Below are positions 56,721 through 64,000 of a stretch of DNA of 64,000 nucleotides, piece by piece. The notes below the pieces were generated by a model, which had not been told where the DNA came from, made no database searches, and saw only the letters and a program-made list of their open reading frames with translations. The stretch comes from Dyadobacter sp. (GTDB lineage: Bacteria > Bacteroidota > Bacteroidia > Cytophagales > Spirosomataceae). A program made the position numbers and the translations under genes. Each line of letters begins with the position of its first letter. The first letter of the stretch is position 1. The stretch is from assembly GCA_965279265.1 (NCBI GenBank), contig OZ257152.1, positions 3,401,592 through 3,465,591 on the forward strand, written 5' to 3'.

Positions 56721-57584
56721 ATGAGACCGCTATTTATGAAGCATGCGTTAGTTATATCTGTTTTTATTTCTTGTTTGACACTTTCAATTTTTGATGCCCG
56801 GGCGCAGAACCGCTCTAAATTTGGCACAAAATATGTTTCCCCTTTTGGTGTGGTTAGCCTGACCGCAGGCTTGGGCGTAGCCTATTATGGCGGCGACCTC
56901 AATGATGGATTGAACATGAAACACCTCGGGCTGGGCCCTGCAATTTCTCTGGGCGGTTTGTACAGGCTCACGGAAAATATAAGCGCGAGAGGTGAAATCC
57001 GGTTTTATCAGGTTTCGGCCGATCAAAAATATTCGAAAAATAATCAGCACAATCTTTCCTTCCGTACGCGTAATCCGGATGTGAATCTGGGACTTCAGTT
57101 TGACCTTTTTTCTTTCAACAGACAATCGAAAATCAATCCGTATCTTTTCGGCGGACTTGGTTTTACCCTGTTAAACCCCAAAGCAAAATTAGAAGGTGAA
57201 TGGTACAGCCTTGCGCCGCTGACCACAGAAGGTATAAAGTACAGCAGAGTTCCGCTCGTTCTGACCGGTGGCATTGGTGTTTCTTTCAAAACAACCGAAC
57301 GGTTGAGTCTGGGTCTGGAGCTGAACAACAACTTTGTACGCTCCGATTATCTGGATGATGTAAGTACGGTTTACCCGAATCCCGACAATTTACCAAGTGA
57401 CCTCTCGCGGCAATTGTCCGACCGTTCCGGTGAAATCGGTTTGACTCCGCAACAGCCGGGCTGGATCCGGGGAAATGCGAAGAACAAAGACAGCTATCTG
57501 TTTTTTCAGGTTCGGGCCACCTATCTGATCGGAAACCGGATGCAGGCATTGGAACGAAGGAAAACCAGATGCCCGAAGTTTTGA
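56721..57584 (+). CDS. Outer-membrane beta-barrel protein (OmpA-like barrel / DUF6089-like)
   Basis: A signal peptide ending 'FDARAQ' is present. Alternating aromatic and glycine beta-strand patterns are seen. An alternative ATG is at 56739. Confidence 0.55.
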   Translation: MRPLFMKHALVISVFISCLTLSIFDARAQNRSKFGTKYVSPFGVVSLTAGLGVAYYGGDLNDGLNMKHLGLGPAISLGGLYRLTENISARGEIRFYQVSADQKYSKNNQHNLSFRTRNPDVNLGLQFDLFSFNRQSKINPYLFGGLGFTLLNPKAKLEGEWYSLAPLTTEGIKYSRVPLVLTGGIGVSFKTTERLSLGLELNNNFVRSDYLDDVSTVYPNPDNLPSDLSRQLSDRSGEIGLTPQQPGWIRGNAKNKDSYLFFQVRATYLIGNRMQALERRKTRCPKF

Positions 57585-57684
57585 AGTTTTGAGCAAATTG
57601 TCGTAAGTCACGGTCAATGCTGATTAAATTGATTATTCTTGCAAAATATTAAGCACTAAGAAAAAAATCTGAGTACTATTTCCT

Positions 57685-58200
57685 ATGTTGAAAGCAAAAA
57701 ATCCGCATCAGTCAGAAGTGATCATGACCGAGATGGTCCTGCCGAATGACACCAATACACTGAATAACCTGATGGGAGGAAGGCTGCTGCACTGGATGGA
57801 CATTTGTGCCGCAATTTCTGCTCAGAAACATTCTAACAGAATCGTTGTGACGGCCTCTGTGGATAACGTTTCCTTTACGGAACCGATCAGGCTTGGAAAT
57901 ATTGTGACTATGCATGCGAAGGTAACCCGCGCTTTCAACTCTTCCATGGAAGTTTTTCTGGAAGTTTGGGCCGAAGATATTCCTGCCGGGCTGCGGATAA
58001 GTACCAATCGTGCCTTCTATACCTTTGTCGCCGTTGACCAGAACGGTCGGCCCATTGAAGTTCCGCCGCTTGAAGCAGAGACGGATGAAGAAAAGGAGCT
58101 CTTTGTGAGTGCATTGCGCCGCCGCCAGCTTCGCCTTGTTTTGGCAGGAAGAATGAAACCATCTGATGCAACGGAATTAAAAGCGCTCTTCGAAGTGTAA
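57685..58200 (+). CDS. Acyl-CoA thioesterase (hotdog fold, YciA-like)
   Basis: 'MVLPNDTNTLNNLMGGRLLHWMDICAAISA' and 'VTASVDNVSFTEPIRLGNIV' are present. Confidence 0.85.
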   Translation: MLKAKNPHQSEVIMTEMVLPNDTNTLNNLMGGRLLHWMDICAAISAQKHSNRIVVTASVDNVSFTEPIRLGNIVTMHAKVTRAFNSSMEVFLEVWAEDIPAGLRISTNRAFYTFVAVDQNGRPIEVPPLEAETDEEKELFVSALRRRQLRLVLAGRMKPSDATELKALFEV

Positions 58201-58229
58201 TAAGCTACCCCTCATGCCATTATTTTTGA

Positions 58230-58237
58230 TACTTTTG
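58230..58237 (+). promoter_or_regulatory. -7 promoter box (TAnnTTTG) upstream of ridA
   Basis: TACTTTTG is at this position, and an overlapping TATTTTTG is at 58221-58228. Confidence 0.3.
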
Positions 58238-58320
58238 CAGGATTAATTTACTGCTGAGAATGAAGTGTGTATCAGGTTCAGCCTGTTTCATTACATTCTG
58301 TTATTCATCATTTATTTTAT

Positions 58321-58692
58321 ATGGCAAAAGAAATCATTTTTTCAGATAAAGCGCCTGCACCAATCGGGCCATACAGCCAGGCTGTAAAAGTTAAAGGAAC
58401 ATTGTATGTTTCAGGACAAATTGCTGCTGAACTGGCGAAATCCGGAGATATCAAGGCAGAAGCCGGCGTAGTCATGCAGAATATCGGCCATATTTTAGGA
58501 GCCGCAGGTCTTGGGTTTTCCCATGTGGTTAAATCCACAATCTTTCTGAAAGATATGAACGACTTCGCATCTGTCAATGAGATTTACGGCACTTATTTCA
58601 AAAGCGAACCTCCTGCACGTGAAACAGTTCAGGTTGCACGTCTTCCAAAAGATGTCAATGTTGAAATTTCGGTGATTGCAGTAGAATTATAA
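58321..58692 (+). CDS. ridA: RidA family reactive-intermediate (enamine/imine) deaminase
   Basis: I chose the internal ATG that gives 'MAKEIIFSDKAPAPIGPYSQAVKVKGTLYVSGQI'. The C-terminal 'PARETVQVARLPKDVNVEI' is present. Confidence 0.9.
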   Translation: MAKEIIFSDKAPAPIGPYSQAVKVKGTLYVSGQIAAELAKSGDIKAEAGVVMQNIGHILGAAGLGFSHVVKSTIFLKDMNDFASVNEIYGTYFKSEPPARETVQVARLPKDVNVEISVIAVEL

Positions 58693-58805
58693 GTCAGGGG
58701 ATTGTCAGGAAGTGGTCATGAAATAGTCAGGGATCGTCACTAAGTGGTCAGGGATGGTTAAAGAAAATGACAATTGCTGACAATAAATGGCCAGGCCTGA
58801 CTTAA
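58692..58805. repeat. Short-motif repeat cluster (GTCAGG(G)AT / AAGTGGTCA) between ridA and gltX
   Basis: AGTCAGGGGATTGTCAGGAAGTGGTCATGAAAT is followed by AGTCAGGGATCGTCACTAAGTGGTCAGGGATGG. An inverted GTCAGG lies within GGCCAGGCCTGAC. Confidence 0.6.
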
Positions 58806-58844
58806 TTCCCATGGCTAAGAATATATTTTAATGTTAAAATAATA

Positions 58845-60395
58845 ATGAATAAGTTACCAGTAAGGGTAAGATTTGCCCCTAGTCCAACCGGCCCGCTGCA
58901 TGCAGGAGGAGTTCGTACGGCTTTATATAATTACCTTTTTGCTCGTCAGCAAGGCGGTCAGATGCTGCTGCGCATTGAAGACACAGATCAGAACCGTTAT
59001 GTCCCCGGCGCAGAAGCATACATTCTGGAAGCATTGGAATGGTTGGGGATTTCTATTGATGAAGGCCCGTTGAACGGGGGGCCTCATGCGCCCTACCGCC
59101 AGTCGGAGCGGAAGCCAATGTACCTGGAATATGCGGAAAGGCTTGTAAAAGAAGGGAAAGCATACTACGCGTTTGACACGGCAGAGGAACTTGATGTAAT
59201 GCGCAAGCGGCTTGAAGAAGCAAAAGTAGCGGCAGTTCAATACAATGCGATCACAAGGCTGGAAATGTCAAATTCACTGACACTTTCACCAGAAGAAACC
59301 AAAGCACGGATTGACAGTGGTGATCCTTACGTGATCAGAATGAAGATCATGCCGAAGGAAGACATTCGTTTTAATGACCTGATCCGCGGCTGGGTTGTGG
59401 TACATTCATCGCAGATTGACGACAAAGTGTTATTGAAGTCCGATGGTATGCCAACGTACCATCTGGCCAATATAGTGGATGATCATTTGATGGGAATTAC
59501 CCATGTAATCCGTGGCGAAGAATGGCTGCCTTCTGCGCCTTTACACGTGCTGCTTTATCGGTACCTTGGCTGGGAGAGCACGATGCCGCAATTTGCCCAC
59601 CTGCCCTTGTTGTTAAAACCTGATGGAAACGGTAAATTGTCTAAAAGAGACGCGGATCTTGGCGGGTTTCCGATCTTCCCGCTCGAATGGACCGATCCTG
59701 TTACTGGCGACAAAGCGAAGGGTTTCAGAGAGGAAGGCTATTCTCCGGAAGCTACTGCGAATTTCCTGGCATTGCTGGGGTGGAATGCAGGAACAGAGCA
59801 GGAGCTTTTTGATATGGATGAGCTGATTAAGTCTTTCAGCTTTGAAAGGGTGCATAAAGCAGGTGCCAGATTTGACATACAAAAGGCCAACTGGTTCAAT
59901 CAGCAATATCTCAAACAGCGGAGTGATGCATCAATTGCGGAAGAAATTAAACCGCTTTTCGGGAAAAAAGGAGTTCAGGTAACGGATGGGCAGATTGCTC
60001 AGATTATTCATTTATTGAAAGACCGCGTTCATTTTCTCAAAGAAATTGTAGAAGAATCGAGCTTTTTGTTTCACCAACCTGAAACCTATGATCAGGACGT
60101 GGTTATGAAAAAATGGAATGAAGAGGCCGTTAACGCGATATCGGGGTTCCGGGATGCGCTAGGAGGATATGAAGGAAATTTTGTTGCGGACGAAATCAAA
60201 CACCTGCTCTCAGGTACCATGGAAGCGCTCGGAATCAAAATGGGAAAAATCATGCAGCCGCTTCGCCTGGCCGTTACCGGTGCAGGCGCAGGACCGGATC
60301 TGATGATCACCATGGAGATTTTAGGTAGGGAAGAGGTAATTTCCCGGCTAGCCAATGCCATTGACCGTTTGCCCGCTCAAATTCGCCTGGCATAA
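58845..60395 (+). CDS. gltX: Glutamate--tRNA ligase
   Basis: 'VRFAPSPTGPLHAGGVRTALYN' is the HIGH region and 'KLSKR' is the KMSKS motif. Confidence 0.95.
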   Translation: MNKLPVRVRFAPSPTGPLHAGGVRTALYNYLFARQQGGQMLLRIEDTDQNRYVPGAEAYILEALEWLGISIDEGPLNGGPHAPYRQSERKPMYLEYAERLVKEGKAYYAFDTAEELDVMRKRLEEAKVAAVQYNAITRLEMSNSLTLSPEETKARIDSGDPYVIRMKIMPKEDIRFNDLIRGWVVVHSSQIDDKVLLKSDGMPTYHLANIVDDHLMGITHVIRGEEWLPSAPLHVLLYRYLGWESTMPQFAHLPLLLKPDGNGKLSKRDADLGGFPIFPLEWTDPVTGDKAKGFREEGYSPEATANFLALLGWNAGTEQELFDMDELIKSFSFERVHKAGARFDIQKANWFNQQYLKQRSDASIAEEIKPLFGKKGVQVTDGQIAQIIHLLKDRVHFLKEIVEESSFLFHQPETYDQDVVMKKWNEEAVNAISGFRDALGGYEGNFVADEIKHLLSGTMEALGIKMGKIMQPLRLAVTGAGAGPDLMITMEILGREEVISRLANAIDRLPAQIRLA

Positions 60396-60583
60396 GGTTT
60401 TTGTACCATTCGATCAAATTGTTTTGCCAATTCAGTTTTGCCCGGTTATTTTCGTAAAGTCAGACAGTGAAAACGTGTTTCATTCAGTGGTTTTGCAGCG
60501 TATCCGGGCAAACTGTTATTTCATAAAATAGATTTTTCACAGGCACATGCGCTGAGCGTAACGAGCCAATAGCTAAAACGAAT

Positions 60584-60838
60584 ATGGCTAAGAAAAAACC
60601 GGGGGACGCGTCGAAACCTACGAATGAAAAACCGAGGGTACATAAAGATCTGGATGGATTCGATATTAAAATCAATTCATTCGGTGAAATTACTACCAGC
60701 TTTGACATGGATCGGATCAATGCATTTTTGAACAAAAATGTGGATGATAAAAAACTCCGTGACCGGGAAGATATTACGGGCAGAAAGTTGCCAAAAGGCA
60801 AAAAGAAAACTGGTGAAGAGGAGGAGGAAGAAGAATAG
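60584..60838 (+). CDS. Hypothetical small K/E-rich protein
   Basis: This 84-aa ORF has an acidic tail, 'GEEEEEEE'. No family was recognised. Confidence 0.4.
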   Translation: MAKKKPGDASKPTNEKPRVHKDLDGFDIKINSFGEITTSFDMDRINAFLNKNVDDKKLRDREDITGRKLPKGKKKTGEEEEEEE

Positions 60839-60922
60839 TTTTCCCTTACGCAACGATGTTATCAAGCAAAACCGGCTCTTTTCCGCAGCAAACAGTTTAA
60901 ACCTATAAATATTAGACGTTAG

Positions 60923-61702
60923 ATGATCTCACACGAAATTGATTACAAAATTATTGGCGATGATATCCAGATCGTTGAAATCGAGCTTGATCCAAACGAA
61001 ACTGTAATTGCTGAGGCGGGAGCCATGTTGTATATGGAAGACGGAATCCAGTTCCAGACCAAAATGGGTGACGGATCGGAGGCCAATCAAAGTATCATGG
61101 GCAAAATATTTCAGGCGGGAACGCGCGTGCTGACCGGCGAATCCCTGTTTATGACGCACTTTACCAACCTGGGCGTAGGCAAAAGAAAGGTGGCGTTTTC
61201 TGCCCCTTATCCCGGAACAGTAATGCCTATTGACCTTTCCAAAATATACGGCAATGAACTGATTGTCCAAAAGGATGGATTTTTGTGTGCCGCAATGGGG
61301 ACGAGCATGAAGATACATTTCAACCAGCGGTTCGGGTCAGGGCTTTTTGGAGGAGAAGGTTTCATTCTTCAGAAGTTGCGGGGAGATGGTATGGCATTTG
61401 TGCATGCCGGCGGAGTGGTAATCGAACGGCAGTTGAATAATGAGATGCTGCGTGTTGATACAGGCTGCGTAGTTGCTTTTGAACAATCATTGAGTTTTGA
61501 TATCCAACGTTCAGGAGGTTTAAAATCCATGGTGTTTGGTGGTGAGGGAATGTTTCTTGCAACGTTACGCGGAACGGGACGTGTCTGGATACAGTCGATG
61601 CCAATTTCCAAACTGATTCAGCGACTTTCAGTTGGCGGTCCAAATGCCAAAAAAGAGAGCGGCTCGATCATCGGTGGATTAGGTAATCTGTTTGAGGGTT
61701 AG
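60923..61702 (+). CDS. TIGR00266 / AIM24 (DUF124) family protein
   Basis: '[29 protein letters not shown]' and '[21 protein letters not shown]' are present. Confidence 0.8.
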   Translation: MISHEIDYKIIGDDIQIVEIELDPNETVIAEAGAMLYMEDGIQFQTKMGDGSEANQSIMGKIFQAGTRVLTGESLFMTHFTNLGVGKRKVAFSAPYPGTVMPIDLSKIYGNELIVQKDGFLCAAMGTSMKIHFNQRFGSGLFGGEGFILQKLRGDGMAFVHAGGVVIERQLNNEMLRVDTGCVVAFEQSLSFDIQRSGGLKSMVFGGEGMFLATLRGTGRVWIQSMPISKLIQRLSVGGPNAKKESGSIIGGLGNLFEG

Positions 61703-61728
61703 ACAAATGAGTTTATCGGTATTTGATG

Positions 61729-61755
61729 AGGTATGGATTCGTTCATACCTTTTTT
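61729..61755 (+). terminator. Rho-independent terminator after the AIM24-family gene
   Basis: The AGGTATG / CATACCT stem is followed by a T6 run. Confidence 0.65.
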
Positions 61756-61825
61756 GTTTACAAATGTTTTACGTTTCACTTGGGTAATGCGGGCGAATAC
61801 CAAATTCTATCTCCTGGCGGCCGGG

Positions 61826-63868
61826 TTATCTGAAAATAAGTTTTTGTCTGGAAACAACACCGGCTTGCTCAATATGGAGAATGTAAATACCAGGCACAAG
61901 AGGGAGCATTGTTCTTAAAAGCGTAAGCCCCTGGATGTCACTTGCGGGAGTAACCAATGCATGGTTACGGCCGTGCATGTCATAAAGTGTGCAGGTAAAA
62001 ACCTCTGTGGCTTCCGAACGAACATAGAACCCCTGTCCCGAAACAGGATTTGGGAAAGCTATAAACTTCGGAGGTGCATTTTTTCCAAACACAACGACTG
62101 CAGACGAATAGCTGTTTGTGCCGTCCAGATAATTAAATTTAATGCGGTAAAAAACTGTTTCTTCGTCCGAATAGTTGTCGGTGGCCGTGTACAAATGTGA
62201 TGCGGAAGCGTTCTTGATCGCTGGTAACACGCCTGCGTCGGTATATAAATCATGGTTAAAACTTTTCTGCAGAACCATATTGTCAAGATTTGCCACTGCC
62301 GAAACAAGCCACGAAAGCATGATTTTCTGATTTTTAATTGCCGTGGTGAATGGATGTGAAAAAATAATTTTTTCATTGCTGCCCGCTATGTGAATTTGTT
62401 CAGAAGCACTTCCCGGTAAAATTGGATTTTGAGAAACGATACGCAACCTGTAAAACCCATCCGGCAGCGAAGCCGGAACTTTTATGCTGACCGGGCTTTG
62501 TTTGCCCGAACCGGCAATGGCGACGAACCGACCTTTTGAATCCAAGAGTTCAGCCTGTATGGTGAATGAACCATGAACAGTGCCGTCGATTCGGTAAGGA
62601 AGGTCAAACGCTGCTCCGGGGTGGGCTGCTGCTGGTACTACTCCGGTATGTATAAAATTTTCGGGCTGCAGTGGGGTTATTCGTTTCAGGAGCGAATCAG
62701 AGAGGCCGCGATTCCATGCCTTTGCAGCTTCGGACAAACCTTGGATACCGCCTGCAACATTTTCGAAATGACCATGCGACGGCCTGGGTATCTGAATCGT
62801 ATCCATATCGGGCCCGGGCCAAACATTAAACTTCGGGATTTTGGTGAGTGCTGTTTGTGCATTTACAACTGGAAGATATGGCTTTGCAGAAGCATTACTT
62901 GCGGAGTTGCGTGCGATCAGCCAAGGAACGTTTTGACCAATATCTTCTCTCGTCCGGCGGATCAGGTATTGAATGTTATTGAAATAATTTTCCTGTGTAA
63001 TTTGCAAATGAACAGCATCATTTTCCCCATGCGACCATAAAATCCCTCTGATTCCGAGCCAGGAATTAAAATATTTCAATGTGTTGACAATGTTGCTGTA
63101 AGGCTGCAGATTCGGCCAGTTTTTACCTACATACATGTTGTAGGCATTTTTACCTGATGCGGCGTCACGATAGTTTTCCGAATTCGCTGCTGCCCATGCG
63201 GCATTCAGGATCAGTACAGGCACCTGTAAACGGTCGTGAAGCAGATCTCCGAATTCACCCCAGTACCAGGAAGTTTCTCCTGATGGAAAGAGGAAGCCTG
63301 CACTTTTCATCGGGCTGAATGCAGGAAGCGGCATAGGCTCATTTGGGGCAACTGTAATATCCTCTGAATTCAGAAATTTGTTAACAGCATTAAAACTGAT
63401 GACATCGCCCTTCGGATCTTTGGCGCCGAGTTTGGGTAGGCCCATGGCATTGGAATTGCCCGCTACCAGAAAAACTTCACCAATACCGACCCTGCCAACC
63501 GATATTGAATCAATATTTTCTTCCAAGGTCGTCCCTTCGGCGCGCATATTGTACCAGCCGGTTTTTGCTTTAATGATGAGGCTAAAAAATCCCTGGTCGA
63601 GCTGTTCCTGATCAGGAAAGAAAATTTGTGAAGGTGATTTACCCGGGACGAGGGGTGTCAGGCTTACAGAGAAGTTTTTGTAGGGCTGATGAATGTAGCC
63701 GGAAACTGAAATAGTCGCAGAATCTTGCTGGCTGCGCTGAAGTACCTGGTTATGTAGCGGTGAGGTGATCACAATCTGTGCATATACCAAAGGAGCGGAG
63801 ATACTCAGTCCGAAGGAAATTAATCCTGTTTGTAAATTTCCCCAAAAATTATCGTAGTGTGCTTCCAT
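61826..63868 (-). CDS. Secreted SGNH/sialate-O-acetylesterase-like (DUF303-type) protein with a T9SS C-terminal sorting domain
   Basis: 'VFLVAGNSNAMG' and 'ILWSHGENDA' resemble the GQSN/GESN esterase motifs. The C-terminal 'FPNPVSGQGFYV...GIYILHIEQ...QKLIFR' looks like a CTD. Confidence 0.6.
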   Translation of the reverse strand: MEAHYDNFWGNLQTGLISFGLSISAPLVYAQIVITSPLHNQVLQRSQQDSATISVSGYIHQPYKNFSVSLTPLVPGKSPSQIFFPDQEQLDQGFFSLIIKAKTGWYNMRAEGTTLEENIDSISVGRVGIGEVFLVAGNSNAMGLPKLGAKDPKGDVISFNAVNKFLNSEDITVAPNEPMPLPAFSPMKSAGFLFPSGETSWYWGEFGDLLHDRLQVPVLILNAAWAAANSENYRDAASGKNAYNMYVGKNWPNLQPYSNIVNTLKYFNSWLGIRGILWSHGENDAVHLQITQENYFNNIQYLIRRTREDIGQNVPWLIARNSASNASAKPYLPVVNAQTALTKIPKFNVWPGPDMDTIQIPRPSHGHFENVAGGIQGLSEAAKAWNRGLSDSLLKRITPLQPENFIHTGVVPAAAHPGAAFDLPYRIDGTVHGSFTIQAELLDSKGRFVAIAGSGKQSPVSIKVPASLPDGFYRLRIVSQNPILPGSASEQIHIAGSNEKIIFSHPFTTAIKNQKIMLSWLVSAVANLDNMVLQKSFNHDLYTDAGVLPAIKNASASHLYTATDNYSDEETVFYRIKFNYLDGTNSYSSAVVVFGKNAPPKFIAFPNPVSGQGFYVRSEATEVFTCTLYDMHGRNHALVTPASDIQGLTLLRTMLPLVPGIYILHIEQAGVVSRQKLIFR

Positions 63869-63928
63869 TCCTTTACCCGCATACGCTGTTGATGGAGAGC
63901 CAATTTAACACCTTACGGATAACGGAAC

Positions 63929-63956
63929 AAAAAAACCGCTCCGGAATCCGGAACGG
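63929..63956 (-). terminator. Rho-independent terminator (minus strand) for a gene beyond the right window edge
   Basis: On the minus strand, CCGTTCCGG-att-CCGGAGCGG is followed by a T7 run. Confidence 0.5.
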
Positions 63957-64000
63957 CTCTTTACTGGTATTTGGAGATTTTAGATTAATATCCCGGATTC

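Overview
This 64-kb window is a gene-dense chromosomal segment. Its gene content points to Bacteroidota, probably a Cytophagia or Dyadobacter-like organism. That assignment is an inference from T9SS genes, the murA-DUF4290 pairing, TAnnTTTG promoter boxes and frequent T9SS C-terminal domains. Most ORFs are recognisable housekeeping or envelope genes. They include porU (5'-truncated) and porV, a second C25 PorU-like paralog, murA, folA, ffh, typA/bipA, gdh, gltX, ridA and photolyase. Others are M16 and M28 peptidases, a GH2 hydrolase, MscS, a stand-alone NuoN-like subunit, a PadR-PspC-GIN envelope-stress cluster, and a translationally coupled FdtA/aminotransferase/GT2/methyltransferase sugar operon. 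I saw no rRNA, tRNA, CRISPR array, transposase or integrase. Six things are not explained by ordinary annotation. (1) A two-gene module at 35958-40415 pairs a GNAT-like protein with a 1147-aa membrane-anchored protein whose N-terminus is a degenerate paralog of it; a perfect 12-bp hairpin abuts the second start codon. (2) A four-gene operon of unknown function lies at 20720-24049: a 703-aa protein with an internally duplicated Cys-rich domain, a DUF1360 membrane protein, and 84-aa and 197-aa proteins. (3) A ~99-bp tandem array of about 6.3 copies sits at 26380-27005, with an inverted copy of the repeat head at 26250-26280, in the M28/typA divergent intergenic region. (4) Four perfect DnaA boxes fall within 100 bp at 35237-35336. 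(5) A propeller-type LytS-like histidine kinase is frameshifted and also lacks the phospho-acceptor His. (6) A short GTCAGG repeat cluster lies upstream of gltX. All functional calls come from reading the translations by eye; no database searches were run.
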